Virus record (IMG/VR): IMGVR_UViG_2895476258_000013
Span: 1-64,000 of that record
From: a virus
Taxonomy: Duplodnaviria; Caudoviricetes
DNA length: 64,000 bases
Strand: one strand, 5' to 3'
The translations under genes were made by a program, and so were the position numbers. Positions 18,790 to 27,742 of the stretch are shown piece after piece (positions within the stretch are counted from its first letter, which is position 1; the number at the start of each line of letters is the position of its first letter). The notes beneath the pieces are model-generated. The model was not told the DNA's origin and made no database searches. It saw only the letters and a program-made list of their open reading frames with translations.

Positions 18790-19202
18790 GCGGCCCGTGG
18801 CGTAAGTCGACCTTCTGCAACGGCGCTGACGCCTGCGTCCTGGTGGCGCACGTCGATGGCCTGGTGATGGTGCGGGACTCCAAAGAGCAGGACGGCCCGG
18901 TGCTCAAGGTGACGGCCGAGGACTGGCAGGCGTTCGTTGAGGCGATCGCGTTCCGTTCGCGCGGCGACGTCGGCCCGCTCCGGCTCTCTCGCGAAGGCGA
19001 CAACGTGTGGGCGATGACCTACCAGGACTCGCCTGGGGCGCTGCTGTTCGGGGACTCGGAGGTCGCGGCGTTCGTCGCTGGCGTCAAGGACGGCGAGTTC
19101 GACTTGGCCGCGCTCGCATCCGGGTCGCTCGGTTCGGACGGGGATGACCGCAGCGGGCCCCACAATGCGCCTACGGCTGGCGTTGGGGTCAAGAACGGGT
19201 AA
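18786..19202 (+). CDS. Tandem DUF397-domain protein
   Basis: WRKSTFCNGADACVLVA...VRDSK...W.AF, then a second ...EVAAFVAGVKDGEFD. Confidence 0.8.
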   Translation: MSGPWRKSTFCNGADACVLVAHVDGLVMVRDSKEQDGPVLKVTAEDWQAFVEAIAFRSRGDVGPLRLSREGDNVWAMTYQDSPGALLFGDSEVAAFVAGVKDGEFDLAALASGSLGSDGDDRSGPHNAPTAGVGVKNG

Positions 19203-19326
19203 TGCCTAGGGCGGCCCGCCGGTCGGGTCTCAGGGGCCTCTACAGCCTCGCGGGTCGCTCACCAGTCCGAGAAAGATCACAGATCAAGCTCGTCAAGATC
19301 GATATTCGACTTAGAAAGGGAACGCC

Positions 19327-19692
19327 ATGGGCGTCAGCATGTACCCCGGTAGGGCCTCGTGGAGCTACTCCGGGTTCGGTTCCTTCAGGGATCGGCTCGC
19401 GCAAGCCGAGGGCTTCGACCTGCGTGAGATGGCAGGCTTCGCGCCGTTCGATGCACCCGAGGACTGGACGGGCAAGCCCTGGGACACCGTGCACACCACG
19501 CTGGAGCCGCTACTCAACCACTCCGACTGTGACGGCTACCTCGACGCCTACGAGTGCGAGCAAGTCATCCCGCGCCTACGCCAGATCATCGCGACCTGGC
19601 CGGAGTCCGACTACGACCGGCAGCACGGCGAGGCCCTGATTAAAGGCATGGAGCACTGCGTAGAGCACGGCTGCTCCATGCGGTTCGCGTAG
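19327..19692 (+). CDS. Hypothetical protein
   Basis: AAAGGGA RBS; WSYSGF...LLNHSDCDG. Confidence 0.7.
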   Translation: MGVSMYPGRASWSYSGFGSFRDRLAQAEGFDLREMAGFAPFDAPEDWTGKPWDTVHTTLEPLLNHSDCDGYLDAYECEQVIPRLRQIIATWPESDYDRQHGEALIKGMEHCVEHGCSMRFA

Positions 19693-19710
19693 TGGAGTCC
19701 GGGTGAACGG

Positions 19711-19977
19711 CTACTCGCCGGCGGGCTGCTGCACCTCCCGGCCGACAGTGGGCGGACGCAGGCGTTCGACACCCTCAGCGCGAGCGATGCGGCGGAACAC
19801 CTCGTCGGTGAGCCCGGTCAGCTTGGCGAGTTGGCCGACGCTGGCGCCCTCCTTCAGTGCGTGGGCGGCCAAATCCTTGACCTCGGGCAGCAATGCCTTC
19901 TGTGCCTCGTAATGGCGCTTGAAGCGGGCGAAGGTCTGCGCCTCGCGGTCGTCGGGAGTGTAGTCGCTCTTGCTCAT
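19711..19977 (-). CDS. Small HTH regulator, divergent
   Basis: GASVGQLAKLTGLTDEVFRRIAR; start uncertain (19977-19998). Confidence 0.65.
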   Translation of the reverse strand: MSKSDYTPDDREAQTFARFKRHYEAQKALLPEVKDLAAHALKEGASVGQLAKLTGLTDEVFRRIARAEGVERLRPPTVGREVQQPAGE

Positions 19978-19994
19978 GGCACCCATGGTCGCAT

Positions 19995-20094
19995 ACATGG
20001 TGGCCACCGTGAAGGCCACCATGTTGGGCTCACGGAAGAATCATGAAGAACAACACGTTGGCCTATTGACGGCCAACGCATAGGCCAATAGATT
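19995..20094 (+). promoter_or_regulatory. Promoter TTGACG-N17-TAGATT with GGCCA operator-like inverted repeats
   Basis: -35 20066-20071, -10 20089-20094; palindromes at 19995-20024 and 20056-20078. Confidence 0.7.
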
Positions 20095-20131
20095 GGGTTC
20101 ATCAGCAAGAGCGAGACACAGGGAGAACGAG

Positions 20132-20311
20132 ATGACCGCCACCGAGATCGCCACCCTCACCGACGAGGCCCGCGCGCAGCTCCGCAAGACCCAGCAGCGT
20201 GTCGGCGCTCCCTGCGCCCACACCAGCTACACGGCGTGCCGCTGCGCCGACGGGCTGCGCGAGGACATCGCGTACTGGGAGTCGCGTCTCGACGCGTTGG
20301 CGGCTTGCTGA
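20132..20311 (+). CDS. Small hypothetical protein
   Basis: GGGAG RBS, first gene after promoter. Confidence 0.6.
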   Translation: MTATEIATLTDEARAQLRKTQQRVGAPCAHTSYTACRCADGLREDIAYWESRLDALAAC

Positions 20312-20423
20312 CCTTCTCGGCCCCGGGTTACCCGGGGCCATCACCCAGTCCGACCAGCAGTCACCCGGTGTGCGAGACCCGGGACGGACACAAGATCACA
20401 GCCCTTCAACGAAGGAGATACAC

Positions 20424-20951
20424 GTGACCATGACCGCCACCCGTAGCAGCCTGACCGGCCACACCCTCACCGTCGAGCGGATCCTCGACGTCCCCGAACT
20501 GGAGGGCACCCGGCTCCGCGAGCGCGCCGAGTCCAACACGTTCGACGCCCCCGTCTGGGTGTTCGTGGAGCGCCGCGACGGCGCGTTCGTCTGCGACCAC
20601 GGCACCAACGACCGCCGCGACCTGAACCCGAACAACCACGTGTGGGACAACGCCCGATTCCTCGCCGAGCGCCTGTCGGGGCGGGCGGGCGAGCATGAGG
20701 ACCTGCGCTACGTCGGCCCTGGCCGTGACGGCGACTGGCAGGCCGCCTACGTCCGCGAGGGCTGGCACGTCCGCCTCACCCCGCGCGGCGAGTGGCTGCG
20801 CGTCGTCGAGGTCGTCCAGCACGTCAACCTGGCGACGCTGCGCCGCACCGGCCAGGTCCGCTACCGGACCGTGACCCTCGTGCTGGAGGACGGCAGGACC
20901 GTCGTCCGCAAGAACGCCGCCTACCTGACCGCCCGCCCCACCTGCCGCTGA
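20424..20951 (+). CDS. Hypothetical protein
   Basis: AAGGAG RBS; strong C-ending codon bias. Confidence 0.65.
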   Translation: MTMTATRSSLTGHTLTVERILDVPELEGTRLRERAESNTFDAPVWVFVERRDGAFVCDHGTNDRRDLNPNNHVWDNARFLAERLSGRAGEHEDLRYVGPGRDGDWQAAYVREGWHVRLTPRGEWLRVVEVVQHVNLATLRRTGQVRYRTVTLVLEDGRTVVRKNAAYLTARPTCR

Positions 20952-21020
20952 CCTTCCTCCGTCCCCGGGAGAGACACCTCCCGGGGCATCCCAACCCCCT
21001 CGACGACCAAGGAGCCCAGC

Positions 21021-21596
21021 GTGACCCTCACCACCGACGTCTACGTGTTAGACGAGATCGCGCACAAGGACGTGTTCCTCAAGTGCAACCAACTCGTTGG
21101 CGCGACGGAGGCGACCCGCTTCCGCGACGAGCAGCTCACCTCCTGGCGTAAGGGCGCCCGCACCCCGGACCCCGGCAAGCCGTGGAACATCGGCAACCAG
21201 GTCGATCAGGGCCTGTGTGCCCTGCTGGACATCTACTACCGGCCAGGTGGGCCACTCAGAGCCGAGGACAACGGCTGTGAGTGGTACTGCGACTCGGGCT
21301 GCGACAACGGCGAGCACGAGAACCCTGCCTGCTGGCTGGAAGTGTCGTTCGACACGGCGTACGGCTACCGGGATGAGCAGGGTCGACGCTGTGGCGACCT
21401 GCACGCGTCTCTCGTGGCCGACCTTGGTCGTTGGCTCGACGAGCGTGGCGTGCGCTGGCTCTGGTATGCCGACACCTTGGCGGAGGTCTACTCCGGGTAC
21501 GAGCCGCTGACCCGCCTGTGTACGGCTGGGGCTGAGGCTGCTGACTGGTTCCGCACGAGCGTGCTGCCTGCGATCGAGGCCCACGCCCACACCTGA
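21021..21596 (+). CDS. Hypothetical protein
   Basis: AAGGAG RBS; WLEVSFDTAYGY. Confidence 0.7.
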   Translation: MTLTTDVYVLDEIAHKDVFLKCNQLVGATEATRFRDEQLTSWRKGARTPDPGKPWNIGNQVDQGLCALLDIYYRPGGPLRAEDNGCEWYCDSGCDNGEHENPACWLEVSFDTAYGYRDEQGRRCGDLHASLVADLGRWLDERGVRWLWYADTLAEVYSGYEPLTRLCTAGAEAADWFRTSVLPAIEAHAHT

Positions 21597-21655
21597 TCTT
21601 GTGGTCCGGTCTTCCCTGCCGGGCCACCCACCTACCCCCTGAACGGAGAACCGAG

Positions 21656-21862
21656 ATGAGCGACGGAGAGACGATCCAACTCAAGGTCGACCTGAGCATC
21701 GGCCTCGCCAACGCCAAGCAGGAAGACGTCATCGACAGCGGCATCCTCAAAGCCGACTGGGATGCCATGACCGCCGAAAAGCGCGACGAAGCCGCCCGCG
21801 AGGTCTGGGAGGAGTGGGCCTGGGAGTACATCGAAGGCGGCTGGGACGTCGTCGAAGAGTGA
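21656..21862 (+). CDS. Small acidic hypothetical protein
   Basis: GGAG RBS; VWEEWAWEYIEGGW. Confidence 0.65.
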   Translation: MSDGETIQLKVDLSIGLANAKQEDVIDSGILKADWDAMTAEKRDEAAREVWEEWAWEYIEGGWDVVEE

Positions 21863-21960
21863 CCCGCGCCCGGCCCTCTTCCTCCCGGTACTGGCCGGGA
21901 CACCGCTTCGGAAGCAGGAGAGGGCGCTACCCAAGACCCCATCAACGACAAGGACCCGAC

Positions 21961-22089
21961 ATGGACTTGACCACCATGAAGACCGGCGCGCTCATCCTGG
22001 CGATAGACGGCCATGACGAGACCGTCTGCGACTGCGAGCACTGCGCCGAGTGGAACCGGCGACGCTCGCTCGACTCCGAGGAGGGCTGA
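21961..22089 (+). CDS. Small hypothetical protein
   Basis: AAGGA RBS; CDCEHC. Confidence 0.5.
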   Translation: MDLTTMKTGALILAIDGHDETVCDCEHCAEWNRRRSLDSEEG

Positions 22090-22090
22090 C

Positions 22091-22315
22091 ATGGACAAGC
22101 CGCCCACGAACAAGTGGCGGGTCTATGTGGGCCGCGTAGCCCCGGACCTACACAAGGGCTTCCGTAGCCAGAACAAGGCGTACGAGTACGTCCGGGAGCG
22201 GATCTCGCTCGGCCACCGGATCACCGTGCAGTGCTGGGAGAACGGACACTGGCGACTGTTCGAAGTGCTCAACGAGGAGCAGGCCGCATCCCCAGACTCC
22301 GCCGAGGAGGACTAG
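22091..22315 (+). CDS. Hypothetical protein
   Basis: GGAGGG RBS. Confidence 0.6.
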   Translation: MDKPPTNKWRVYVGRVAPDLHKGFRSQNKAYEYVRERISLGHRITVQCWENGHWRLFEVLNEEQAASPDSAEED

Positions 22316-22317
22316 CG

Positions 22318-22623
22318 ATGGCCTCGATCAAGGTCCGCTTAGCCGTCCGGGATGTGTTCCTCGCACGTCTCGCCGAGGTCGGCAAGCACCGTGACGAACG
22401 CTGGGACGAGGTGCCTGGCCTGTACGGCCCCGAGCCCGGCTGGGTCATCTACGAGGCGGAGCAGATGTTGGCGCTCGTCAACGAGATCCGCTCTGGGGAC
22501 GGTCTGCCACTGGCGACTCTGGAGCAGGTCCTGCGGATTGAACGCTCAGCGTCTGGCCACTCTGACTACCCCGACAAGTACGCCCTACGCTGCGCCTTCC
22601 TGGCGCTCGGAGAGGAGGACTGA
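22318..22623 (+). CDS. Hypothetical protein
   Basis: GGAGG RBS; ERSASGHSDYPDKYALRCA. Confidence 0.65.
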   Translation: MASIKVRLAVRDVFLARLAEVGKHRDERWDEVPGLYGPEPGWVIYEAEQMLALVNEIRSGDGLPLATLEQVLRIERSASGHSDYPDKYALRCAFLALGEED

Positions 22624-22626
22624 CCC

Positions 22627-22968
22627 ATGGCTGACATCGACCGCGAGCAGATCGGATGGCAGTTACGTGCCGTCCGCCTGATCGAGAAGCTCCTCCTAGC
22701 CCAACTCAAAGACGCCTCCCTGCCGGTGCTGCGGTGGACGCTGGACTCGGCAGGGTGCGGCATCGTCGCCGAACCTGGAGCAACCGGCAGGGACGCCCGC
22801 GAGCATGCGGTACGAGCGTGGGCCGACCACCTGAACCTGCCCGTCAAGGAGGGCCGGCCAGCCGAAGGCGTCACCAATCTGGTAGCTCACGGCCCTGTGG
22901 GAGACGTGTACCGGGTCGTCATCCACACCACCCTGTACGACGACGAGGAGGAGGGCGAGCGTGGCTAA
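22627..22968 (+). CDS. Hypothetical protein
   Basis: GGAGG RBS. Confidence 0.6.
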   Translation: MADIDREQIGWQLRAVRLIEKLLLAQLKDASLPVLRWTLDSAGCGIVAEPGATGRDAREHAVRAWADHLNLPVKEGRPAEGVTNLVAHGPVGDVYRVVIHTTLYDDEEEGERG

Positions 22969-23299
22969 GATCCCGGCGCAGGCTGTGCAAGCAGCGGCCG
23001 AGGCGCTCGCGGCGCACTTCAATCCAACCTGCGCGAAGTCGTGGGAGGCGGAGACCCGGGCTGATTTGGCCGAGTCTTGGGAGACGGAAGCCCGCGTCGC
23101 ACTGATGGCCGCGCTGCCGCACCTCCAGCCCGTCCGCAAGCCGCGCATGGCCTGTCCCGTCTGCCGTAAGGACGTAGTCCGCCGCGACGACGGCAAGCCG
23201 ATCACCCACTACGCGAAGAACAACAACCCGAAGTTCACCTGCAAGGGCGACATGTTCAGCCACTGCCGAGGAGGGTGCAGATGCGCGAAGCACCGCTGA
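22961..23299 (+). CDS. Hypothetical protein with CPVC
   Basis: Overlaps upstream stop. Confidence 0.55.
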   Translation: MAKIPAQAVQAAAEALAAHFNPTCAKSWEAETRADLAESWETEARVALMAALPHLQPVRKPRMACPVCRKDVVRRDDGKPITHYAKNNNPKFTCKGDMFSHCRGGCRCAKHR

Positions 23300-23448
23300 T
23301 CTCAGAGAAGACACAGAACCCGACGACGTACATCCATTTCATCCTCGCCTGCGCTGTCCCTGACCCGTCGAGGCATGACGGTATCTGCGGGGAGTTCATC
23401 GAGTCCGAAGATTGCGTCTATCACGGAACGAGCGCAGCCGATGCCTGA
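23281..23448 (+). CDS. Small hypothetical protein (55 aa)
   Basis: Translated by hand MREAPLISEK...; GAGGAGG RBS; fills the gap. Confidence 0.4.
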   Translation: MREAPLISEKTQNPTTYIHFILACAVPDPSRHDGICGEFIESEDCVYHGTSAADA

Positions 23449-23662
23449 CCCCATCCCGGCAGAAGCCGCCCCGCTCACCTGCCAGTGGTGCCGCAACAGG
23501 CCTGCCGCTCAACTGATCGTCGTCGATTGGTCAGCAATCGGGCGGCACACCTCGCTCGTCTGTGACCCGTGCGGAGATGAGCGTGTGCCCGGCACGCGCC
23601 AGATCGATGCGATGGTGTGGCGCTACCGCCTCGCTCCGATCAAGGAGTCCGCCGATGCCTGA
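23441..23662 (+). CDS. Small zinc-finger-like protein
   Basis: CQWC and CDPC. Confidence 0.55.
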   Translation: MPDPIPAEAAPLTCQWCRNRPAAQLIVVDWSAIGRHTSLVCDPCGDERVPGTRQIDAMVWRYRLAPIKESADA

Positions 23663-23996
23663 CCTTCCCGAGGAAGCCGTACAAGCCGCAGCCGACGACT
23701 TGGAGGAGGCGTTCAAGAACACCCCGTACCGGTTCTGGACGTGCATCAACAAGACGCACAAGTACGTCACCTGGACTGGCGACGTAGCGTCCTGCGACAC
23801 ATGCGGGCTCACGTCGGAGATGACCGGAAAGCGGGATGTGCTGGTCCGTGCCGACGAACGCCGCAAGACCGCCGAGGAGATCGCCGCCGCGATCGAGGCT
23901 CGCCGCTGCCCTATGGACCGGAAGTTCTGCACCGACTGCGTGTGCCGTCCTGAGGACGCTGCTCTCGCCCGCCAGCTAGGAGAAGCCCGTGCCTGA
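23655..23996 (+). CDS. Hypothetical protein
   Basis: AAGGAG RBS; CDTC and CTDC. Confidence 0.6.
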   Translation: MPDLPEEAVQAAADDLEEAFKNTPYRFWTCINKTHKYVTWTGDVASCDTCGLTSEMTGKRDVLVRADERRKTAEEIAAAIEARRCPMDRKFCTDCVCRPEDAALARQLGEARA

Positions 23997-24372
23997 CTAC
24001 GAGTCCGCTATGAGGAGGCTCGCCAAACTCTGCCAAGCGAACCCGTACCACCGGGTGTACGAGTGGCGGCAGATCCTCGACAAGATCTGGCGGGAAGGGT
24101 TCGACGCCGGATACACCGCAGGCCGCAGGGACGCGGAGATCTCCGAGCAGATGGCCGAGCAGGAGAAGGACCTCGCGGCGCCGCCCGAGGAGGTCGCCGA
24201 TGCTGAGCGGACCCGGATCGCCGCCGTCTTCGGCGACATGGTGGTCATCCGTGAGCAGAGGAGACGCTTCGAGGACCGCCACGCGCAACACCTGAGCAAC
24301 GGCGTCACGGTCCACGGCCTGCTGTCTGCCGTCGTTGACGAGATCAAGGGGATGGCCCGTGACTCCCGCTGA
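23989..24372 (+). CDS. Hypothetical protein
   Basis: AGGAG RBS. Confidence 0.55.
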   Translation: MPDYESAMRRLAKLCQANPYHRVYEWRQILDKIWREGFDAGYTAGRRDAEISEQMAEQEKDLAAPPEEVADAERTRIAAVFGDMVVIREQRRRFEDRHAQHLSNGVTVHGLLSAVVDEIKGMARDSR

Positions 24373-24661
24373 GGTGCTCGCCAAGGCTCGTCTAGCCGCT
24401 CACGAGTCCCGATGGGGTGAGGGATCGGGCAGCTTGGACACGTTCCGGGAGCAGGCCGCCCGGGATGTCGCTGCTCTCGCCGAACAGGGACAGGTCATCG
24501 TCTCAGCTGAGGACGTGCAGCTTCTGGAACGGGACGTACGCCGCCTCCTGTCCATCAATCGACGCTTGGAGGTGCGCCTGGCCTCGGCGCGCAACCTGTG
24601 CGCTCGGTCCCCGCTCTGCGTCCCCGCCGCCCTTCCCGAGGAGACCACCGATGAGCACTGA
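24359..24661 (+). CDS. Hypothetical protein
   Basis: Overlap coupled. Confidence 0.5.
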   Translation: MTPAEVLAKARLAAHESRWGEGSGSLDTFREQAARDVAALAEQGQVIVSAEDVQLLERDVRRLLSINRRLEVRLASARNLCARSPLCVPAALPEETTDEH

Positions 24662-24932
24662 GCCCGCCGCCGTTTACATCGCTGAAGTGATCTGGTTCAG
24701 CGAGAACCCTGTAGATGGACGCAAGCGCATCGCAGTGGGTGCCAGCCTAGAAGCGGCCCTGAACGCCCTCCGTAGCGACGACATCCATGGTGGCGACCTG
24801 GTTGCCACGGAGACCACGAGCGCTCTCGGCACCGACGACGCGCGCACCTGGGCGGTGCACGAGCGAGGCGAAGAGCCTTCCGACGAGGGCTGCCTGTGGA
24901 TCACCAGCGAGCAGGTGCGCCATGCCGGATGA
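24651..24932 (+). CDS. Hypothetical protein
   Basis: GAGGAG RBS. Confidence 0.55.
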   Translation: MSTEPAAVYIAEVIWFSENPVDGRKRIAVGASLEAALNALRSDDIHGGDLVATETTSALGTDDARTWAVHERGEEPSDEGCLWITSEQVRHAG

Positions 24933-25410
24933 CCTCCGCCACTACTACACCTTCGAGGGCTCTCACTGCGGCACCTGCTGCATGCCTCGCAGTACGCCTG
25001 TTACGGAATGCGATGAGCACGACGCGCTGGCCTCAGCGACTGCCGAGCGCGACCGCGAGCAGCAGCGTCTCGCCTACAACGCCGCCAACGCCATGGCAGG
25101 CGTCCACAAGCTCCACGCCGACCGGCTGAAGGCCGAGCTGGAGCACGCGAAAGGCGCCCTCGCAGGCGACAGCGAGGCCATGGCAGCGTTCATGGCCGAC
25201 CACGCCAAGGTGGTGGAACGCCTCCGCGAACGGAACAGCATGTCCCAGCGAGCGGTCGATAGGGCAGAAGCGGCTATAGATCGGGTCCACGCCCTAGCGG
25301 AGCGCTTGGGCCGTGAACCGCACCCCACCCACGACCACCTCTGTCCTGACGACCTTCGCCGGGAGCTCCTCGCCGCTCTCGACGACTCCCAGGAGGCCGA
25401 CCGTGGATGA
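24922..25410 (+). CDS. Hypothetical coiled-coil protein
   Basis: Overlap coupled. Confidence 0.55.
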   Translation: MPDDLRHYYTFEGSHCGTCCMPRSTPVTECDEHDALASATAERDREQQRLAYNAANAMAGVHKLHADRLKAELEHAKGALAGDSEAMAAFMADHAKVVERLRERNSMSQRAVDRAEAAIDRVHALAERLGREPHPTHDHLCPDDLRRELLAALDDSQEADRG

Positions 25411-25690
25411 GGGAATCCTCGTCATCGACCTCGACGCCCATTTCGCCGGCTACGAGAGCGTCAATGAGTGGTATTTCGGCGAGCGAGACGATCACATCTA
25501 CAGGACATGCCCCGCATTGACCCGGTCCCGGCCGCCGATCAATCGCGGGCAGGGCAGGCTGTACCCGGAGGCTGGCGATGTGTGCGGCTGGTGCGTCCGA
25601 GTGTGGAGAGCGCGCAAGGCCAAGAGCGACTCCCAGAGCCCTACCTTGGAGCCTGAGGTGTCAGCCCTATCAGAGCAGGAGACAGGGTGA
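25403..25690 (+). CDS. Hypothetical protein
   Basis: AGGAGG RBS; CGWC. Confidence 0.55.
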   Translation: MDEGILVIDLDAHFAGYESVNEWYFGERDDHIYRTCPALTRSRPPINRGQGRLYPEAGDVCGWCVRVWRARKAKSDSQSPTLEPEVSALSEQETG

Positions 25691-25947
25691 GAGCGTTCGT
25701 CAAGGACTATGCCTGGGGTGAGCCGTACCACATCAATGTCGAAGGTGAAGCGGACTTCCACATCGAAGCGGACCAGGCGGTCTATGATCTGCCGCCTGCC
25801 CTGGTGGAGCGGTTCCGGGCAGCGCAACGTGAGATGCGAGCTGCCGCCGATGCGATCACCGCCCATCTGAAGCGGACAGGACAGCCCAAGCCGTGGGGAA
25901 TGCCTGAGGACGACTGGGCAGCCCTACCCCAGGAGGAGACGCAGTGA
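25687..25947 (+). CDS. Hypothetical protein
   Basis: GTGA coupled. Confidence 0.55.
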   Translation: MRAFVKDYAWGEPYHINVEGEADFHIEADQAVYDLPPALVERFRAAQREMRAAADAITAHLKRTGQPKPWGMPEDDWAALPQEETQ

Positions 25948-26120
25948 TCACTGTCGAGTTGAGGCTGAAGGACGACGACGACGGCAGCCAGACCCTGAAC
26001 CACGCTCCCATCAAGTCCTCCAAGGAGACCGAGGTGGAAGTCGTCGTCTCAGGAGGCGACAGGGACGCGTTCCTGGCCCTGTGCGGGCAGGTGTGGGACC
26101 GGCATCACAACCAGATGTGA
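25944..26120 (+). CDS. Small hypothetical protein (58 aa)
   Basis: Translated by hand MITVELRLKD...; AGGAGG RBS. Confidence 0.5.
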   Translation: MITVELRLKDDDDGSQTLNHAPIKSSKETEVEVVVSGGDRDAFLALCGQVWDRHHNQM

Positions 26121-26301
26121 CAGCATGTGATCGGACGAACAGGCGATATCACGCGTTGTGCACGTACCCGCTCGTGGCCGACGTCCATAATGTCCTGAAA
26201 CGCGAAGAGCGGCCCTCCACCGTCCATGGAGGACCGCCCCGGAATCCAACCCTCGACCCGTCACTGGTCTCCCACAGCGTACGACTCTCGGGGGAGACAC
26301 C

Positions 26302-27057
26302 GTGCCCATCAGCTCCGACTCGTGCAATGGTCCCTGCAACACAGGCGCGAGGCGCGCTATCGCCGCCTATGAGCAGGCACTGGACGCCCACATCATCGAA
26401 GTGGACGCCTGGATCGCCGCCGGCCAGCAGGGCGAATGCCCGCCCGCTCCCGCAGAACCGGTCATCGAGAGCATTCCGGGAGACCCGTTGTGGTGCTCCC
26501 GCTGTAAGTCCCTGGTCCGGGCGGCACTCTTGGACCTCGACGTCCTCGCTTCCGAACTCGCAGCTCGGGCCGACGGCCACCGCGGGGTGGTTGCGGAAGG
26601 GCGTGTGAGCGGCTCCAAGGGGGCGCCGAGCCCTTCCCCTATCGGTGACGCCCTCGACAAGTTGTACGGGTTCCTATCCGATCTGGAGGACGAGTGGCGG
26701 CAAACCTGCGGGTACGCGCAGCGCGTCAACCGCACCCACCGCGGCGCCCACCCGAGATCCCGCACGATCGGCTGGCTGTCGGAGCATCTGGGCAACCTGC
26801 TCGCCGATGACGACCACATCAAGTCCGGGCTGGACATCCTCCGCTGGGAGATCGTCCTCCGCGCGCTGGCGGACGAGGAGCCGATCGGCAGCGTGTCCCC
26901 GATCCGCTGCCCACGCTGCGCCATCTACAAGCAGGTGATGCGCGAGCAGGAACACCACTGGGCGTGCAAAGCGTGCGGCAGGCTCATCCCGGACTGGGAG
27001 GAGCGGGAACTTCGAGACAAGCAAGGGCGCGAACTGGATCTCGTGGAGGCGTCCTGA
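26302..27057 (+). CDS. Cys-rich hypothetical protein, possibly a late regulator
   Basis: CSRC, CPRC, CKAC; last large gene of the early arm. Confidence 0.65.
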   Translation: MPISSDSCNGPCNTGARRAIAAYEQALDAHIIEVDAWIAAGQQGECPPAPAEPVIESIPGDPLWCSRCKSLVRAALLDLDVLASELAARADGHRGVVAEGRVSGSKGAPSPSPIGDALDKLYGFLSDLEDEWRQTCGYAQRVNRTHRGAHPRSRTIGWLSEHLGNLLADDDHIKSGLDILRWEIVLRALADEEPIGSVSPIRCPRCAIYKQVMREQEHHWACKACGRLIPDWEERELRDKQGRELDLVEAS

Positions 27058-27247
27058 CATGGAACAATGGACGCACTGTGATTTCGTCTCCTCCCCGTCC
27101 AACAGTGGCCGGACACGTGACCCAATGCCCCGGCGGCAACGCCAAAGTAATCCCGTACTTCCTCCCGCTGGACGTGGCCAAGGAATCGATGACCATGACC
27201 GTGCAGGAATGGCTACGGCTCACCGTCGATGAGGAACGCGCATCATC

Positions 27248-27742
27248 ATGAAGAAGATTCCTGGTGGGGGTCCAACGGAATCCAAGCCGCTCACCAGGGC
27301 AGAGATCAATCGTCGCTACCGGGAGCGCCACAAGGAGCGTTTGTGCGAACCGGAACGTCTGCGCGTCCGGGCTTACTACGAGGCGAACCGCGAGGTCCTT
27401 CTCGCTCGCGCCAAGGAACGCTATGCGAGCAATCCGGAGCGAGGCAGGGAGCGCGCACGGCGGGACTACCAGCGGCTGCGCCAAGAGATGTTCGTGGCCT
27501 ACGGGGATCGCTGTGCTTGTTGCGGCGAGTCCGAGCAAGAGTTCTTGTGTCTTGACCATGTGGGCGGCGGCGGCAACGCCGATCGGGCGAGGACGGGTGG
27601 CAAAAACTCCGGCGTGCTGCGCCGCTTGAGCAAGGAGGGGTGGCCGCAGGAGGGATATCGCGTTCTGTGCGCCAACTGCAATACCGCGACCATGCGCGGG
27701 CGTGTGTGTCCACATCAGAAGGAGAGTGATGGCGATGCGTAA
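27248..27742 (+). CDS. HNH-family endonuclease
   Basis: YGDRCACCGE...LDHVGGGG...YRVLCANCN. Confidence 0.75.
   Translation: MKKIPGGGPTESKPLTRAEINRRYRERHKERLCEPERLRVRAYYEANREVLLARAKERYASNPERGRERARRDYQRLRQEMFVAYGDRCACCGESEQEFLCLDHVGGGGNADRARTGGKNSGVLRRLSKEGWPQEGYRVLCANCNTATMRGRVCPHQKESDGDA

Noticed and set aside
18786-19977. DUF397 plus the HTH at 19711-19977 as a toxin-antitoxin pair
   Set aside because: Not adjacent, on opposite strands, and the HTH lacks the DUF5753 domain typical of partners
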